A DNA stretch of 62,760 nt, counting the filler, from Chiloscyllium plagiosum (lineage: Eukaryota): assembly GCF_004010195.1 (NCBI RefSeq). It is 3 parts of one record of this genome, joined end to end, with 100 filler letters (N's around TTAATTAATTAA, not from the genome) between each part and the next. Parts side by side here need not be neighbours in the genome. Positions count along the whole stretch, not along the records: positions 29,848 to 54,460 come from NC_057714.1; 2 more parts are not named here. The stretch is one strand, 5' to 3'. Shown piece after piece: positions 36,577 to 50,495 of this stretch (the first letter of the stretch is position 1; each line of letters opens with the position of its first letter). A program made the translations under genes and the position numbers. The notes beneath the pieces are model-generated. The model had not been told where the DNA came from and did no database searches. It worked only from the letters and a program-made list of their open reading frames with translations.

Positions 36577-38509
36577 ACTCGCATGATTTCACAGAGAGAC
36601 CTCTATGTTAACATTTCACACCATAGTATGGTCCAACTCCACTCGAACAGATGCCATAGCTACATGACGAGTATGCACAAATTCATCTCAACTGGAATTA
36701 CCAGTGTGGAACTTCATCTCATCCAAGGTATTGGGATTGCTATCCTGCAAGTGGGATTAATAGACAACCTCTGCTCAACCCAAATTTCAGGTTATCAAAT
36801 TTTGATTTATTGTGACTTAATTGTTCTTTCCTTTTGACTAACACTATCTTGAACCTTTTACTAAGTCACAGCTGGATCTTCCTTATTGAGCTTTTGTTTA
36901 TCAAATGAAATTAATTCTTATTGAACATTTTGAATTGTTCCTATAAATGTTCCATACTATTTATTTCTCACCATACTTTTTATTCTATTCATCCAATTAA
37001 TCTTAGCCAGCTCTCCCCTCATAACTAACCAACTTGCTCTGTTTAACATAGTGGTTAAGATTAGAGTATGTTATTTTCAAACTTAATGTAGAATGCAATG
37101 GCATTGTGATCATGGTTTCCCAATGGGCGTTTTACTTGAAGTGACTCATTAATCCTGCCACATTGCACAATATGAGATGTAAAACAGGTTGATGCTTAGG
37201 TGGTTCCAAAACATATTGGTCCAGGAAACTGTTCCAAACATATCATCCAGTGTGCACAATCCACAAGATGCTCTGCAACAATTCACCAAAGCAACTTCCA
37301 AGCAGGTAACCTTTACCACTTGGAAGGACGAGCAGACACATGGGAGCACCACTACCTGCATATCCTGCAAGACCCACTAAAGAAACTTGGAACTATATCA
37401 CTGTTTATTCACTGTTGCTGGGTCAAAATACTGGAATTTTCTTCTGAACAGTTCTGAGGGAATACCTTTCTTTTTATATTCCCGTATAGGATGTGGACAT
37501 CACTGGCAAGTCCAGCCCTTCATCAATCTGGCTCTTCAGGCCATTTCAATGAGTAGCTAAGAGTCATGCTGGTGGAATTACATTTGTCAGACAAGGTAAG
37601 GGTGGCAGATTTCCTTTGCTAAAGGGAGTTCAGGAACCAGATAGATTTTACAAAAATTGACAGTGGTTACATGGTCGGCAACTCCAGATTTTGTTTTAAG
37701 AATTGAAATTTCAGATGTGTCAAGATTGGATTAAAACCCATGTCCTCAGATCTTTGGCTGGGGTCTCTGGGTCTCTTGATTACTACTTCATGACCTCCAC
37801 ACAGACTGTAGTAGTTCAAGGGGGCTGTTCACCACAAGCTGCTCAAGAGAAATCAAGGATGGGCAATGCATGCCAATATAGCCTGTGGTACCCAAAACCT
37901 TGGAACTTGGTTTTGAAATCACTGGACCAGGGCTTGAAGTGGAATTGTATGCTTTGGAGGGGAAAGCACAACCACAACAAACACGAATTATTTTGCAATT
38001 GCAATTTAATTTTTGATTGTCATCTTGCTTGAATCCAGAGTGTTAATTCACAATAGTGCTGTTGCTAACAAAATATCAATATACTCTGTAATTTTAGTGA
38101 AGGGTACAGGTTAAATTTAACACACCACTAATTGCTGGATTTTCAGCCAATTTGAATGTAGGGGGAGGCACAGTCCACACTATTTCCCAGAAGGGGTAGA
38201 AAACTTCTATGTAGGTTGCATCTGGTATTTGTTGGGGCATTGCCAGCGGTACATGCCATGCCATTTGCAAGACCACATACATCCAGAAAATCAAAATCTA
38301 CAAAAGTGAAAATATACACACACACAACCTGAAGCAAAATTCAAATGTTATTCAGGTGCCACTGTTTAAGAAAGGTGGTAAGGACACACCAGGGAACTAT
38401 AGACCAATGAGCCTGACATCAGTGGTGAGCATGTTATTGGAGGGAATCCTGAGGGACAGGATGTACATGTGTTTGGAAAGGCAAGGACTGATTAAGGATA
38501 AAATCTTCT

Positions 38510-39166
38510 AAGAGAAAGTGAGGACTGCAGATGCTGGAGATCAGAGCTGAAAATGTGTTGCTGGGAAAGCGCAGCAGGTCAGGCAGCACCCAAGGAACAG
38601 GAGAATCGACGTTTCGGGCATGAGCCCTTCTTCAGGAATGAGGAAAGTGTGCCAAGCAGGTTAAGATAAAAGGTAGGGAGGAGGGACTTAGGGGAGGGGC
38701 ATTGGAAATGCGATAGGTGGAAGAAGGTTAAGGTGACGGGGATAAGATGAGGTTGACAGGCCGGAGTGGGAGCGGAGAGATCAGGAAGAAGATTGCAGGT
38801 TAGGAAGATGGTGCTGAGTTCGAGGGTTGGGACTGAGACAAGGTGGGGGGAGGGGAAATGAGGAAACTGGAGAAATCGGAGTTCATCCCTTGTGGTTGGA
38901 GGGTTCCTAGGCAGAAGATGATGCACTCTTCCTCCAGCCGTCGTGTTGCTATGGTCTGGCGATGGAGGAGTCCAAGGACCTGCATGTCCTTGGAGGGGTG
39001 GGAGGGGGACTGGATGTGTTGAGCCATGGGGTGGTTGGTGCGGGTGTCCCAGAGGTGTTCTCTGAAACGTTCCACAAGTAGGCGGCCTGTCTCCCCAATA
39101 TAGAGGAGGCCACATCGGGTGCAGAGGATGCAGTAAATGATGCGTGGAGGTGCAGGTGAATTTGTG
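38510..39166 (-). mobile_element. Penelope-like element 3' part (family A): GIY-YIG domain plus pLTR
   Basis: IIYCILCTRCGLLYIGETGRLLVERFREHL...TRRLEEECIIFCLGTLQPQGMN. Confidence 0.92.
38604..38639 (-). ncRNA. Minimal type-I hammerhead ribozyme, intact core
   Basis: AUUC-CUGAAGA-A-GGGC(UCAU)GCCC-GAAAC-GUC-GAUU; palindromic ACGU stem III. Confidence 0.78.
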
Positions 39167-39459
39167 GTAGATAGGATAGTGAAGGCGGCATTTGGTATGC
39201 TTTCCTTTATTGGTCAGAGTATTGAGTACAGGAATTGGGAGGTCATGTTGCGGCTGTAAAGGACATTGGTTAGGCCACTGTTGGAATATCGTGTGCAATT
39301 CTGGTCTCCTTCCTATCAGAAAGATGTGAAACTTGAAAGGGTTCAGAAAAGATTTACAAGGATGTTGTCAGGGTTGGAGGATTTGAACTATAAGGATATG
39401 CTGAACAGGCTATGGCTGTTTTCCCTGGAGCTTCGGAGGCTGAGGAGTGACCTTATAAA

Positions 39460-39768
39460 GGGGCGGCACAGTGGCTAGCACTGCTGCCTCACAGCACCAG
39501 GGTCCCAGGTTTGATTCCAACCTCGGGCGACTGTCTGTGTGGGGTTTGCACATTCTCCCCGTGTCTGCGTGGGTTTCCTCCGGGTGCTCCGGTTTCCTCC
39601 CACAGTCCAAAGATGTGCAGGTCAGGTGAATTGGCCAGCTAAATTGCCCATAGTGTTAGGTGCATCAGTCAGAGGGAAATGGGTTTGGTGGGTTACTCTT
39701 CAGAGAGTCGGTGTGGACTAGTCAGGCCGAAGGACCTGTTTCCACACTGTAGGTAATATAATCTAACA
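39460..39768 (+). mobile_element. HE1 SINE, near full length, inserted in CR1
   Basis: GGGCGGCACAGTGG head, box B GGTTTGATTCC, V-domain, tail. Confidence 0.92.
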
Positions 39769-41224
39769 TATATACATTAAAAAAAATCTAATATAATCTT
39801 GAGGGGCATGGATAGGGTAAATAGATAAAGTCTTTTCCCTGGGGTGGGGGAATCCAAAACTAGATGGCATAGGTGTAGGGCGAGAGGGGAAAGACATAAA
39901 AGAAATCTAAGGGGCATCTTTTTCACGCAGAGGGTGGTACATGTATGGAAGGAGCTGCCAGAGGAAGTGGTGGAGGCTAGTACAATTGCAACATTTAAAA
40001 GGCATTTGGATGGGTATATGAGTTTGGAGGGATATGGGCTGGGTGCTGGCAGGATGGGATATCTGGTCGGCATGGAAGGGTTGAACTGAAGGATCTGTTT
40101 CCGTGCTGTACATCTCTATGACTCTGTAAAAAAAGCAAGCAAAGGTACTCATTTATTACGAAGTGTATTTACTTTAATCATTGTCTGTGCTTCCACAACA
40201 TGCAAAAATTCTTTTCGTTTCTTACATTTGACCATAGTAGGTGGTTTACATGCTCATGTTATATTCCAGAATATGGAAATAGCAGAGAAGGCTGTTTCTA
40301 ATTTGTGATTTTCTCGTCATTTGGTAACATACTAAGTATTTAACAAGAAACAAGAGAAAATGCGTCAACCAAGAGATCCAGGAGAAGCTCACAATTCAAA
40401 ATCCCCTTAAATATAGCGTTAAGATGTGTGAAAGTAAGACTCACAAGCTGAGATAAATTTGTAACTTGAACTGCATATATTCTTGGTATATCGTCAATTA
40501 TATTGAGGATCTAAGAAAAATCTAAAGTAAGCTACAGGTGTTAAATGTGTAATTATTTTCTGGTTGTACACGGTCTCAAATTTTAATCAAGAACACGTGG
40601 ATGCATGTTCCAGTGTTTCTCAATCTACTTGAAAGTTCCTTGCATTGTTTACATCTTACAAAATGGATTTCAAGCATCTACTCTGTTATTGAAAATTACA
40701 GTCTCTTTGCCATTTTAGACTGAATGATGGTCTTTTCTCCCAGTAACACAAGATGATTTTGGGCAAGGGACCTAAGTTTTAAGTCAAGTTCGATCTTTTA
40801 TTGAAAAACAATGAATGGCCTTATCCATGCAACATTGTTCCAGTTCCAACTATCACTAATAAATTTAGAATTGGTCAATTCCTTACAAATGCAGACTTAC
40901 AAAACGTGTCTCTACAACGTTGCTTGGCTTACGCCTTGCAGAAATATTTATACCCCAAGTTATTCTCTAGAAAAAGAAGTGCATCTTGCAAACCATCTAC
41001 TTTCAAGACGTCTTGACAGTATGACGTGGGAATCCATCATGCGCTGAACAAATTCTTCAACCATTCCACATTTACTAATATAGAATGAGATTAATGTTTT
41101 AGCATACTCCGTGCTGACTATACTCCCTAGATTAAGAAAGAGGTGTGCATCCAAGTTATCTCCGAGCTTGGGATCTTGAGTGATGCTGTGGGTTGAACGT
41201 TAATTAGGTCACTTACTTTTTTTT

Positions 41225-41537
41225 AGATCAGTTACAGTGTGGAAACAGTCCCTTCAAGCCCAACAAGTCCACATCGGCCCTCCGAACAGCAACCCGCCCA
41301 GACCTTACATTTACCCCTTCACCTAAGGCTATGGGCAATTTAGCATGGCCAATTCACCTAACCTGCATATTTTTAGACTGTGGGAGGAAACCGTTTCACC
41401 ACATTCCATTGCTTGGCCCAATACATGTGTTACATTATGATTCACACATGTATTGGGACATAATTTTACACCACAGGCGGGAACTGAACCCAGGTCCCTG
41501 GCGCTGTGAGGCAGCAGTGCTAACCACTGTGCCACCC
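41225..41537 (-). mobile_element. HE1 SINE with its middle replaced by foreign sequence
   Basis: Head 41473-41537 and tail 41225-41393 are HE1; 41394-41472 is not. Confidence 0.85.
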
Positions 41538-41869
41538 ATTATTAATCTTTTGCATTTTATACTTTAGGTTCAATATATTGGACCTAATAAAATTATATTT
41601 TTTGTTCCTGCTCCTTCTGGAATTTGTGGCTTCATTTTCACCAGGTTTATCGTACAATATCAAGGGTTTGTTTCTCAGAGAGAAGCTGACATAGGACACC
41701 TGGGCTGATGCAGTAGGGCAAGGTTCACTCTTGAGCTCTATCTGCAGGCTGACCACTGGGTGTATATGAACATTTCCTTGTGTTGAATGCTTCGCTTTGA
41801 CAACAAGAATTTGCAAAAACAATACTTCTCTGAGGAACAAAATTAAGTGGATAATGGAAATCTCAAGTA

Positions 41870-42030
41870 ATATTTGAAAATACTGGTAATACTCAGCAAG
41901 TCAGCCAGCAGTGAAAGAGAGTCAATGTTTCAGTTGATGACCTTCCGTTATTGACCTGAAATGTTTATGTTTCCTTGTCCACATATACTGCCAGAACTGC
42001 TTAGTATCACCAGAATTTTTTGGTTTTATT
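41870..42030. mobile_element. Ancient Penelope-derived fold-back terminal element
   Basis: Imperfect inverted arms centred on decayed GACCTGAAATGTT hammerhead-like motifs; a single arm recurs at about 42535-42628. Confidence 0.55.
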
Positions 42031-45029
42031 AATGGGTTACTTGTGAGTCAGTCTCCTCCTAAATTCTTCAACACAGAGCTGATGGCATTCGTACCTTAAA
42101 TTAAGATATTGGTTAAAAATAAGTTTTGCTTAAAAGAAAGCTTGCTTATTTCTCAAAGTTTAACTAAAACTAGTTCATTTTGACATGTAAATGCCAAGCC
42201 AGTTTCTGCTGTCCAGTTTTATCTCACTGATCTTCATGACTGTCCAAAAGTATGTTTTTGCTCAGGCTTTATTTAAAGTGTTGCAGCAACATCATAAAGA
42301 GAATGAAGGCATTCTTTAAGTACTGTGATTATTCTGTTCATTGTTTGAAAAGGTAATTTTTAAAATTAATTTTTTAAAAAATTATTGTGAATAATTTGAT
42401 TGAAACGTATACAAGTAAAGCCAATTTACTCTGCAAATTTCAATGCAACTTTCAGCTGATTTGGGGCTGAAAATGTCAGGTTTGACCAGTTCATCTCAAT
42501 TCTGAAAGTTAACTAAAATGATTCATAAATTTGTGTAAAAGCAGAAAATGCTGGGAAGATTAAGCAGACCAGGCACGAACTGTGGAGACAAACAATTAAT
42601 GTTTTGGGTGGTTGACCTTTCATCAGATTTTACATAAAACGTTTTGTAAGATATAAAATACAGGTATAAAGCACATATGATAAATGGTTAATGATTTTAT
42701 TCCTTCAATGTAGGCATTCTCACACTCGACCAAGTTATTACAAGCTCAAAAGGCACACTGCAGTGTTGCTTGGGAACTTGATGTCACATTGAAAAGAAAA
42801 CCAAATAGCACTAAGAACCTTTATGACTTGCTCAACTATTAGTTTTTTTTGGGTAATTGCCGATCCACATTTAAACTGTAAATTGTTCATCCTTGTGCTT
42901 TCATTTTTATATTGATGTTTCATAGTATTTATAATCCAGCAGTAAAAGCTTCAAATGAATTCATCAGGACAGCACAATTCACGACAGAACAGCACACACA
43001 TTTTGTTTTCAGTCCCTTCAGTCACTGCTGTCCTTGTTAAGTGGTTTATTATCAGGAGAGTTAATTAGTTCACCATGAAGGTACCAATGTCCACTGAACT
43101 TAGTAAAACGTGGTGTGGACCATGTGCAATTCAAGTGAGATGCATTCGGTTGACTATTCAAACAGCAATACTGCTGTCCTCCTACACACAGGAAGCTTAT
43201 TGTGCAGATTTCTGCAAACCGCCTCCAAACACCTGTGCTTTGGCAAAGGTAACATTAAGCTTGTTTTTTTATATAAAAAAGGCTAGCAGACAATTGACCG
43301 TTAAACATCAACTCTCCCATCTCAATTTTCAGTGCTGTCATTCTGTTTTGAATTTGTAAAATTGCATTACAATGTTAAGATATCTGATGTGGATCTTTCT
43401 GGATTGTGACTTCTGGTGGAGAAAGTCTTGCCAGTTTGCCTTTTGCAGCCTTTATACCTCATGATGTAATCATTGTTCAAGTAGAAATGGATAGTGAATG
43501 CTAGTTTTCATTCCCTTTCTTATTCTGCTAGCTTATGTCTCATATCTTGCATCGCATTTCCTTTGCATTAGTCATAAGTCAACTTTCCCAAATTCCCATT
43601 GGAATGCTAGAAAATATACAGTTTGAGAGCGCTGGAAGAATAAATCTTCTCATCACTCACAATAGGTTCACAATGTTTAAAAACAAAACTTTATCAAATT
43701 AGTTTACTGAGTCACATTGCATCACCCATATTGCAGTTTCAGATGATTCCTGGAACAAACGAACCAGCTTTTTCCAGATTCCATCTACAGTACGTGGGTG
43801 GATGAAAGGAGATGAAAGCTGGAGAATGTGAACACATGGAAGCCATTTGTCTTTTATATAAAAAGAAATCCACTCCTTCAAAATATTCAATATAGTGGAC
43901 TTACTCCAGGGTAGATGAATGTGAATACTTACGTTATATTTGCATATTTACTTGTGTTGGAGGGGAAATGCTGACACAGACTGGTTAATCCAAATAGCCT
44001 GTTTCCGCAAATTGTACGTAATCATATTTTAAAGCGCAGTTTTTAAAAAATCATTTGGACTGCTAATAGTCAATAGATTTAAAGTTTTTTTTTACTCTTC
44101 AAATAACAACTTGCTTTGGAACAAGGATTACAATCTTTGTCAATGGTGTGATATTTTATGATTTGCTGTTAACAATAATAGCTATAGGAAATCAGAAATA
44201 TCACAATAACTCTCTAAGATGTCTGGTGATCATCTGTGCAAATGACTGTTATTCCATTGAAAGAGAAGTTAAAAGGTAATTCAGTGTGGAGAACTCCAAG
44301 ATTTCAGCATTTGCCAGTCACCAATATTCTAACCACCTACATTAGGCATGAAAGATTGCCTAATATTGTTACAAACTCATTGACTGTGTTTTCAAACAAA
44401 ACACTCGTTGACTGTTGCCAGGTAGTAGGATAGCAGCACTTCTGAAGCTTGTTTTTACTGTCTAATTAGATCAGATGATAAAGTGAATCATGTAGAGCAC
44501 AAGCCACCTGCACAAGAAAGTCATGTAATGTGGAGAAAAGGCACCTGTTACACTGGTAGTGGCTTCCACCCACCACCTTGTTCCACTTCCAGTCAGGTGT
44601 AAAGCTCGCCGGATAGTTATAGTTTCCACTTCACTACATAACCTTCTACAACTTATGAATCATTCAACTTTTTTTTTAGAATCAACACAATTTGACAGTT
44701 GGCATATTGGGACAGATTTTTCTATTCTGCAATTGAGTTTTAGTATACCAAGTAGTCCTGATTTGTAATTTCATCAGACTGACACCACATTATCAGTATC
44801 TATTATGGTGCTCCAAGCATGCCCTCCTGCACTCTGCATTGAACTGGCAGTTGATCTCCCACCTAGGTGGTAGAGCGGGTGCTATGATAGGTTACAGATT
44901 GTGGCTGTGTACACTTCTGCTGTTGCTGATTGCCCACACAGCCTCAAAGATGCCGAGGTTTGAATTGCAACATAAATTCTGTTCAAATTCTATCCAGTTA
45001 GCATGATGGTTGGTCTCAAACACAAAAAT

Positions 45030-45365
45030 CAAGGCTGACACTCCAGGGCAACATGAAGGGAGTGATGCAATGTCAGAAGTGCTATCTCACAGATAAGATG
45101 TTAAATTAAGGCTCCATTCCCCTGCTCAGATGCCCCAGAAAGCAGTCCCATTATACTATTCAAAAGATTAGCAAAAGCTATCCTCTGACTGTTGCTCAAT
45201 ATTTGTCCCTCAATAAGTACACGTTGCTGTTTGTCCAAATTTGCTACAACAAATCAGCTGTTGCGTCTCCTACGTTACAAAATTGACTACACTTCGAAAA
45301 TACTTGGGTGGAAAATGCTGTTGAGATGGTTGGAGGTTCTGAAAAATAACCATGCATTAGTTTTT
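45030..45365 (+). mobile_element. Deu-domain SINE (SacSINE1/AmnSINE1-like)
   Basis: GGCTGACACTCCAG...GGGAGTG...AGATGTTAAA...AATATTTGTCCCTCAA...TGACTACACTTC. Confidence 0.7.
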
Positions 45366-46219
45366 CTTTCTTCCATTACACTAAACTTACTGCAATTATT
45401 GCCAATGCAAACTTTAAGGGACTGAAAAGAGAAAATAAGACAATCCCATATCAAGTTCAATGAAAAAAAGGTATGACAAGAAACAACGTAATTTATTCCT
45501 GCTACACCGTGCTTATACATCTCAGTTTCTCATACACTATAACTTTCCACCAATGTAATGGATAAGATTCACTTTGGTTAATGAATGGATTGATTACATT
45601 ACTCAGTTTCATGAGTGTCATGTTGGTACTTAAGAGTTAATTTGTAACAGTAACACATTTAGTAATGACAGGTTTAGGTCCTTCAAGTTCCACAGATCAG
45701 ACAAAGTGCAATTTCAGCAATGTAAAAAGGGAACAAAAACAAAACCTATTTTCCTTGTCCTGTTCCAACTTGTGTCAAGACTCTTCAAGATCACAAGATC
45801 ATGCATCCAAGTAAAAATTCCAATATATCTTCCCATTTAGAAAACGGAGAAAAATCACCGTGTAAACACAATGGTCATCCCAGTGAAAAGAATTTTGGTA
45901 AATTAGTTAAGCATTAATCCAGAAACATTAATGTGTTTCAAGCTGAAGTTATAACTTTAGTTAAATTACTTTGGCAGCTACAACTGTCTATAAATCTTAC
46001 CTCAGTGACTGATCATAAATCAACTTGCATATTCATAAAAATCAGTTATATTTTAGATGTTGGAGGTGATTTCCTCAAATTCCAGGAGCAACAATTACTT
46101 TTTTTATATGCTGTTGCATTGTTTTGGAACTTTGGAGGGAAAAAAGTCAAAACAATGGCACTTTTAAAAGGGAGAAGGACAGACAAAAGTAGTGCAAGAG
46201 ACAGAGAGACAGAAAGACC

Positions 46220-49008
46220 CACACTGCTAACTGACACAGCAGTGAACCTGCACAGTTACTGCCTTTGCTGTTTGAATTCATGCATTGCTAGACATCTGAG
46301 TGCATTTAGGAAAACTTAAACAGCGAAATTCACAACTGATCTTGGAGGAACCTGTCTGGGGAGGTCACAGCACAGAAACAGAAAAGTGAATAGTTTGACC
46401 TTGCTTTACATTTACAATAGTGAATAGATTGGGTTCTTATTGATTATATGTTTTATTGAAATATGTCTCTTAAGTAATAAGTATCAAGTTAGCCTGAAGC
46501 AGTGTTTTGCACAGGAATAAGACAGTGCCATTTTCGGCGTCTGTCGATTGAAAGAAGCAAAAATGGCCTTTAGTAGAGTGATATGCTCTTCTTGTCGGAT
46601 GTGGGAGTTTAGGGAGAGTTCACAGGTTACTGAGCATTATATTTACAATAAATGCTGTTGGTTGCGAATCCTATCAGATCGAATGAATCGATTGGAGCAA
46701 CAGTTAGAGGCAATGAGGAATTTACAAGAATAAGGGAGTGCGATGGATGGCAGTTATGGGAAGGGAGAAAAGCTGCAGATGCAGTCATACACATAGGTTA
46801 ACTCCAGGCAAGGTAACAAAGGTAAGCAGGTAGTGCACCAGTCTTCTGTGGCTATCCCCATTTCAAACAAGTATGCTGTTTTGGAAAACATAATGGTGGT
46901 GGTGGTGGTTGGGGGGGGGTGGATTCTCAGGGAAATGTAGCACTAACAGTCAACTTTCTGGTATCAAGACAGACTCTCGTATAATAAGGGGTACGGTGGG
47001 TTCCAAGCGATGGATTGTGTTAGGGGACTCCCTAGACAGAGGCAGAGACAGACATGTCCATTTCCGTGGACAGCAGCGAAAAATCAGAATGGTGTGTTGC
47101 CTCCCTGGTGCCAGAATAAAGGATGTATCAGAGAGGGTGCAGCATATTCTCCAACGGGAGAGTGACCATTAGGAGGTCATTGTACACATTGGAACCAACA
47201 ACATAGGTAGGGAAAAGGATGAGATTCTGAAGGGAGAGTATAGAGAGTTAGGAAGTGCTCGAGGGTAGCAATATCTGGATTACTCTACGAGCTAGTGAGG
47301 GTAGGAATAGGAGGATAAAGCAGATCAATGTGTGGCTAAGGACCTGGTGTATGGGAGAAGGATTCACATTTTTGGATCATTGGAATCTCTTGTTGGGTAG
47401 AAGTGACCTGTATAAGAGGAGGGATTGCACCTGAATGGGAGGCGACTAATATACTGGCCGGGAGATTTGAGAGCGCTGTTCGGGAGAATTTAAACTAGTA
47501 AGGTGGGGGGGGTGGTGGTACCCAGGGAGATAGTGAGGAAAGAGATCAATTTGAGACTGGTTCAGTTGAGAAAAGAAGCGAGTCAAGGAGGAAGGAGAAA
47601 GGCTATTTTTGATGGTATTAGTTAAGAACTTTCAAAAGTTGATTGGGGCAGATGTTTGCAGGTAAAGGGATGGCTGGAAAAGGGGAAGCCTTCAGAAATG
47701 AGATAACAAGAGTCCCAAGACAGTATATTCCTGTTAGGGGGAAAGGAAAGGCTGGTAGGTGCAGGGAATGCTGGATGACTGAAGAAATTGAGGTTTTGGT
47801 GAAAAAAAAAGAAGCATATGTCAGGTATAGACAGGATAGACTGAGTAAATCCTTAGAACAGTATAAAGGCAGTACGAGTATACTCAAGAAGGAAATCAAG
47901 AGGGCAAAAAGGTGGCCACACTCACGACTCTGATCTCCAGCATCTGCAGTCGTCATTTCCTCGTAGTGGAATTTACAGATACACCAAGAACAAAAGAGTA
48001 ACCAGGGAGAGAATAGAGCCCCTCAAAGATCAGCAAGACGACCTTTGCGTGAAACCCTAGGAGATGGGGGAGATATTAAACAAGTATTTTGCATCAGTGT
48101 TTACTGTGGAGAAGGACATGGAAGATATAGATGGTGACATATTGAAAAATGTCCATATTACAGAGGTGGTGATGCTGGATTTCTTGAAACGCATGAAGGA
48201 TTAATCCCCAAGACCTGATCAGGTGTACCCTTGAACTCTGTGGAAAGCTAGGGAATTGCTGGGTCCCTTGCTGAGATAGTTATATCATCGATAGTCACAG
48301 GTGAGGTGCCGCAAAACTGGAGGTTGGCAACATAATGGTAGTATTTAAAAAAGGTTCTAGTTCTGCGCACCTCCCCTCTCCCCACCCCTCCCCTGCAACC
48401 CAGGGAAACAACCTTGTCTATTTACCTTAACTTTCATGATTTTATAAAGGGCCAATGGGCTGAGAAGTGGCAGATGGAGGTTAATTCAGATAAATGCCAG
48501 GTGCTGCATTTTGGTGTTGTGAAACTTGAAAGGGTTCAGAAAAGATTTACAAGGATGTTGCCAGGGTTGGAGGATTTGAGCTATGGGGAGAGGCTGAACA
48601 GGCTGGGGCTGTTTTCCCTGGAGCATCGGTGGCTGAGGGGTGACCTTATAAGAGGTTTACAAAATCATGAGGGGCATAGATAGGATAAATAGACAAAATC
48701 TTTTCCCTGGAGTGGGGGAGTCCAGAACTAGAGGGCACAGGTTTAGGGTGAGAGAGGAAAGATATAAAAGAGACCTAAAGAGCAACTTTTTCACACAGAG
48801 GGTGGTGCATGTATGGAATGATTTGCCAGAGGAAGTGGTACAATTGCAACATTTAAAAGGCATCTAGATGGGTTTATGAATAGGAAGAGTTTAGAGGGAT
48901 GTGGGCCAAGTGCTGGCAAACGGAACTAGATTAATTTAGGATATCTGGTCAGCATTGATGAGTTAGACTGAAAGGTCTGTTTCCATGTTGTACATCTCTA
49001 TGGCTGTA
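46220..49008 (+). mobile_element. Degenerate, internally deleted CR1: 5' UTR, ORF1 (zinc finger/esterase), ORF2 pieces, 3' end
   Basis: MAFSRVICSSCRMWE...CNKC-like; VLGDSL...CCLPGARIKDV...[18 protein letters not shown]; tail TCTCTATGGCT. Confidence 0.9.
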
Positions 49009-49829
49009 TAACTGTGAAACACATGATATAAAGAGAAACTGAAGATACCCACAAACAGATGATACCAGGACATGATTTTAAAATAATAACACTGGTTCCT
49101 CAAAGTACAAATCATATTGCAATTTTCTGTTCCCAACACTTGTGCAAAGACAAACAATCAGCATTTCTATTAAATATCACCTTATTTTAGAATGAATTTT
49201 ACCAGGTCTAAGATGAGAGAAGGAGAGCCCAGGAGAGGTCAAGTGTATTAACACCCTGAATGTGAAAATCTGTAGTAAATTTGATGTGCTTCAACAAAAA
49301 TCTGATGGTTGTACTGTTTAACTAGAAAGTATTTACTTTTACGATTAGCAGGTGTATTCATATACAGCTGAATCTGATCTGGTACTGCAAAACAAGACAT
49401 GATTTAAGATGCAAAGTGCAAATTTAGACAGATGTTCGCAAGATGGAACATAATTTACCAAGTCAACTACTGACATTCATAGGATGTAAAGGGATTTAAT
49501 AGCACAGTTAAACATTTCAAATGTTTCAACAGACACAAGCCCTTAAAATCTGGTCTTGCCTTTTTGTAAGAAAAACACCTGGATAGAACTGAGCACTGAA
49601 AGGGTGTGAGAGAGAGCCAAATATTCCTGTGAAGCTAGTCCCTATGATAATTCATTTGTTAGAAACATAAGTTGATCTTGCACCAATTTGACCAGCAACA
49701 AATGAGGGTCCAGTCTCCAATAGTGCTTTTTTTGCTTTAGCAACAGTACAGGCAATTTCCAAGTGATGAGCTAACTTCTTTAAATATCAGACGTGATTCA
49801 CGCAAATGCTTATTTTGTAAAAAAAATTA

Positions 49830-50495
49830 TTTCAAGGGATATGGACAGTGCTGGCTGGCCACCATTTATTGCCCATCCTTAGTTACCCATGAGGTGGTGG
49901 TGGTGGTGAGTTGCCTCCTTGAACTGCTGCATTTAAATGCTGTAGGTTGACCCACAATGCCCTTAGGGAGGGAATTCCAAGATTTTGACCCAGCGACACT
50001 GAAGGAACAGCGATATATTTCCAAGTCAGGATGGTAAGTGGCTTGCAGGGGAACTTGCAGGTGGTGGTGTTCCCATATATCTGCTGATATTGTCCTTCTA
50101 GATGGATGTGGTTGTGGGTTTGGAAGTTGTCTGGGGAAGCTTTAGTGAACTTCTGCAGTGCATCTGTAGTATATACTGCTACGACTGAGCATCACTAGTG
50201 CAGGGAGTAGATGATTGTGAATGTGGTGCCAATCAAACAGGCAGTTTAGTTGTGGATGGTGTCAAGCTTCTTGAGTGTTGTTGGAGCTGCAGCCATCCAG
50301 GCAAGTGGGGAATATTCCAGCACACTCCTGACTTGTGCCTTGCAGATGGTGGACAGGGTTTTCAAAATCAGGAAATGAGTTACTCACCGCAGTATTCTCA
50401 GTCTCTGATCTGCTCTTGTAGCCAATGTATTTGTGGCAAGACTCTAAGTTTATCGTCAATGGTAACTTCAAGGATGTTGATAGTGAGGATTCAGT
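49830..50495 (-). mobile_element. LINE of CR1/L2 group (second family), ORF2 C-terminus and 3' UTR
   Basis: Antisense ICKAQVRSVLEYSPLAWMAAAPTTLKKLDTIH; 3' end GGATGGGCAATAAATG. Confidence 0.8.

Larger units (their letters stand above)
38355..40126 (+). mobile_element. CR1 (HER1-like) ORF2 pieces and 3' end, interrupted by Penelope and HE1
   Basis: VPLFKKGGKDTPGNYRPMSLTSVV (38355-38500); VRPLLEYRVQFWSP (39167-39459); 3' end with TCTATGACTCT (39790-40126). Confidence 0.9.

Noticed and set aside
38094..38337. Two overlapping 64-66 aa minus-strand ORFs after a plausible acceptor
   Set aside because: Neither peptide is recognisable and no convincing donor was found
38579..39298. 239-aa ORF
   Set aside because: Chance read-through of antisense CR1 into an off-frame Penelope segment; the real GIY-YIG frame is a different one
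39460..39525. tRNA-like box A/box B sequences (also near 7100, 36000 and 41500)
   Set aside because: SINE heads with no complete cloverleaf, followed by SINE bodies
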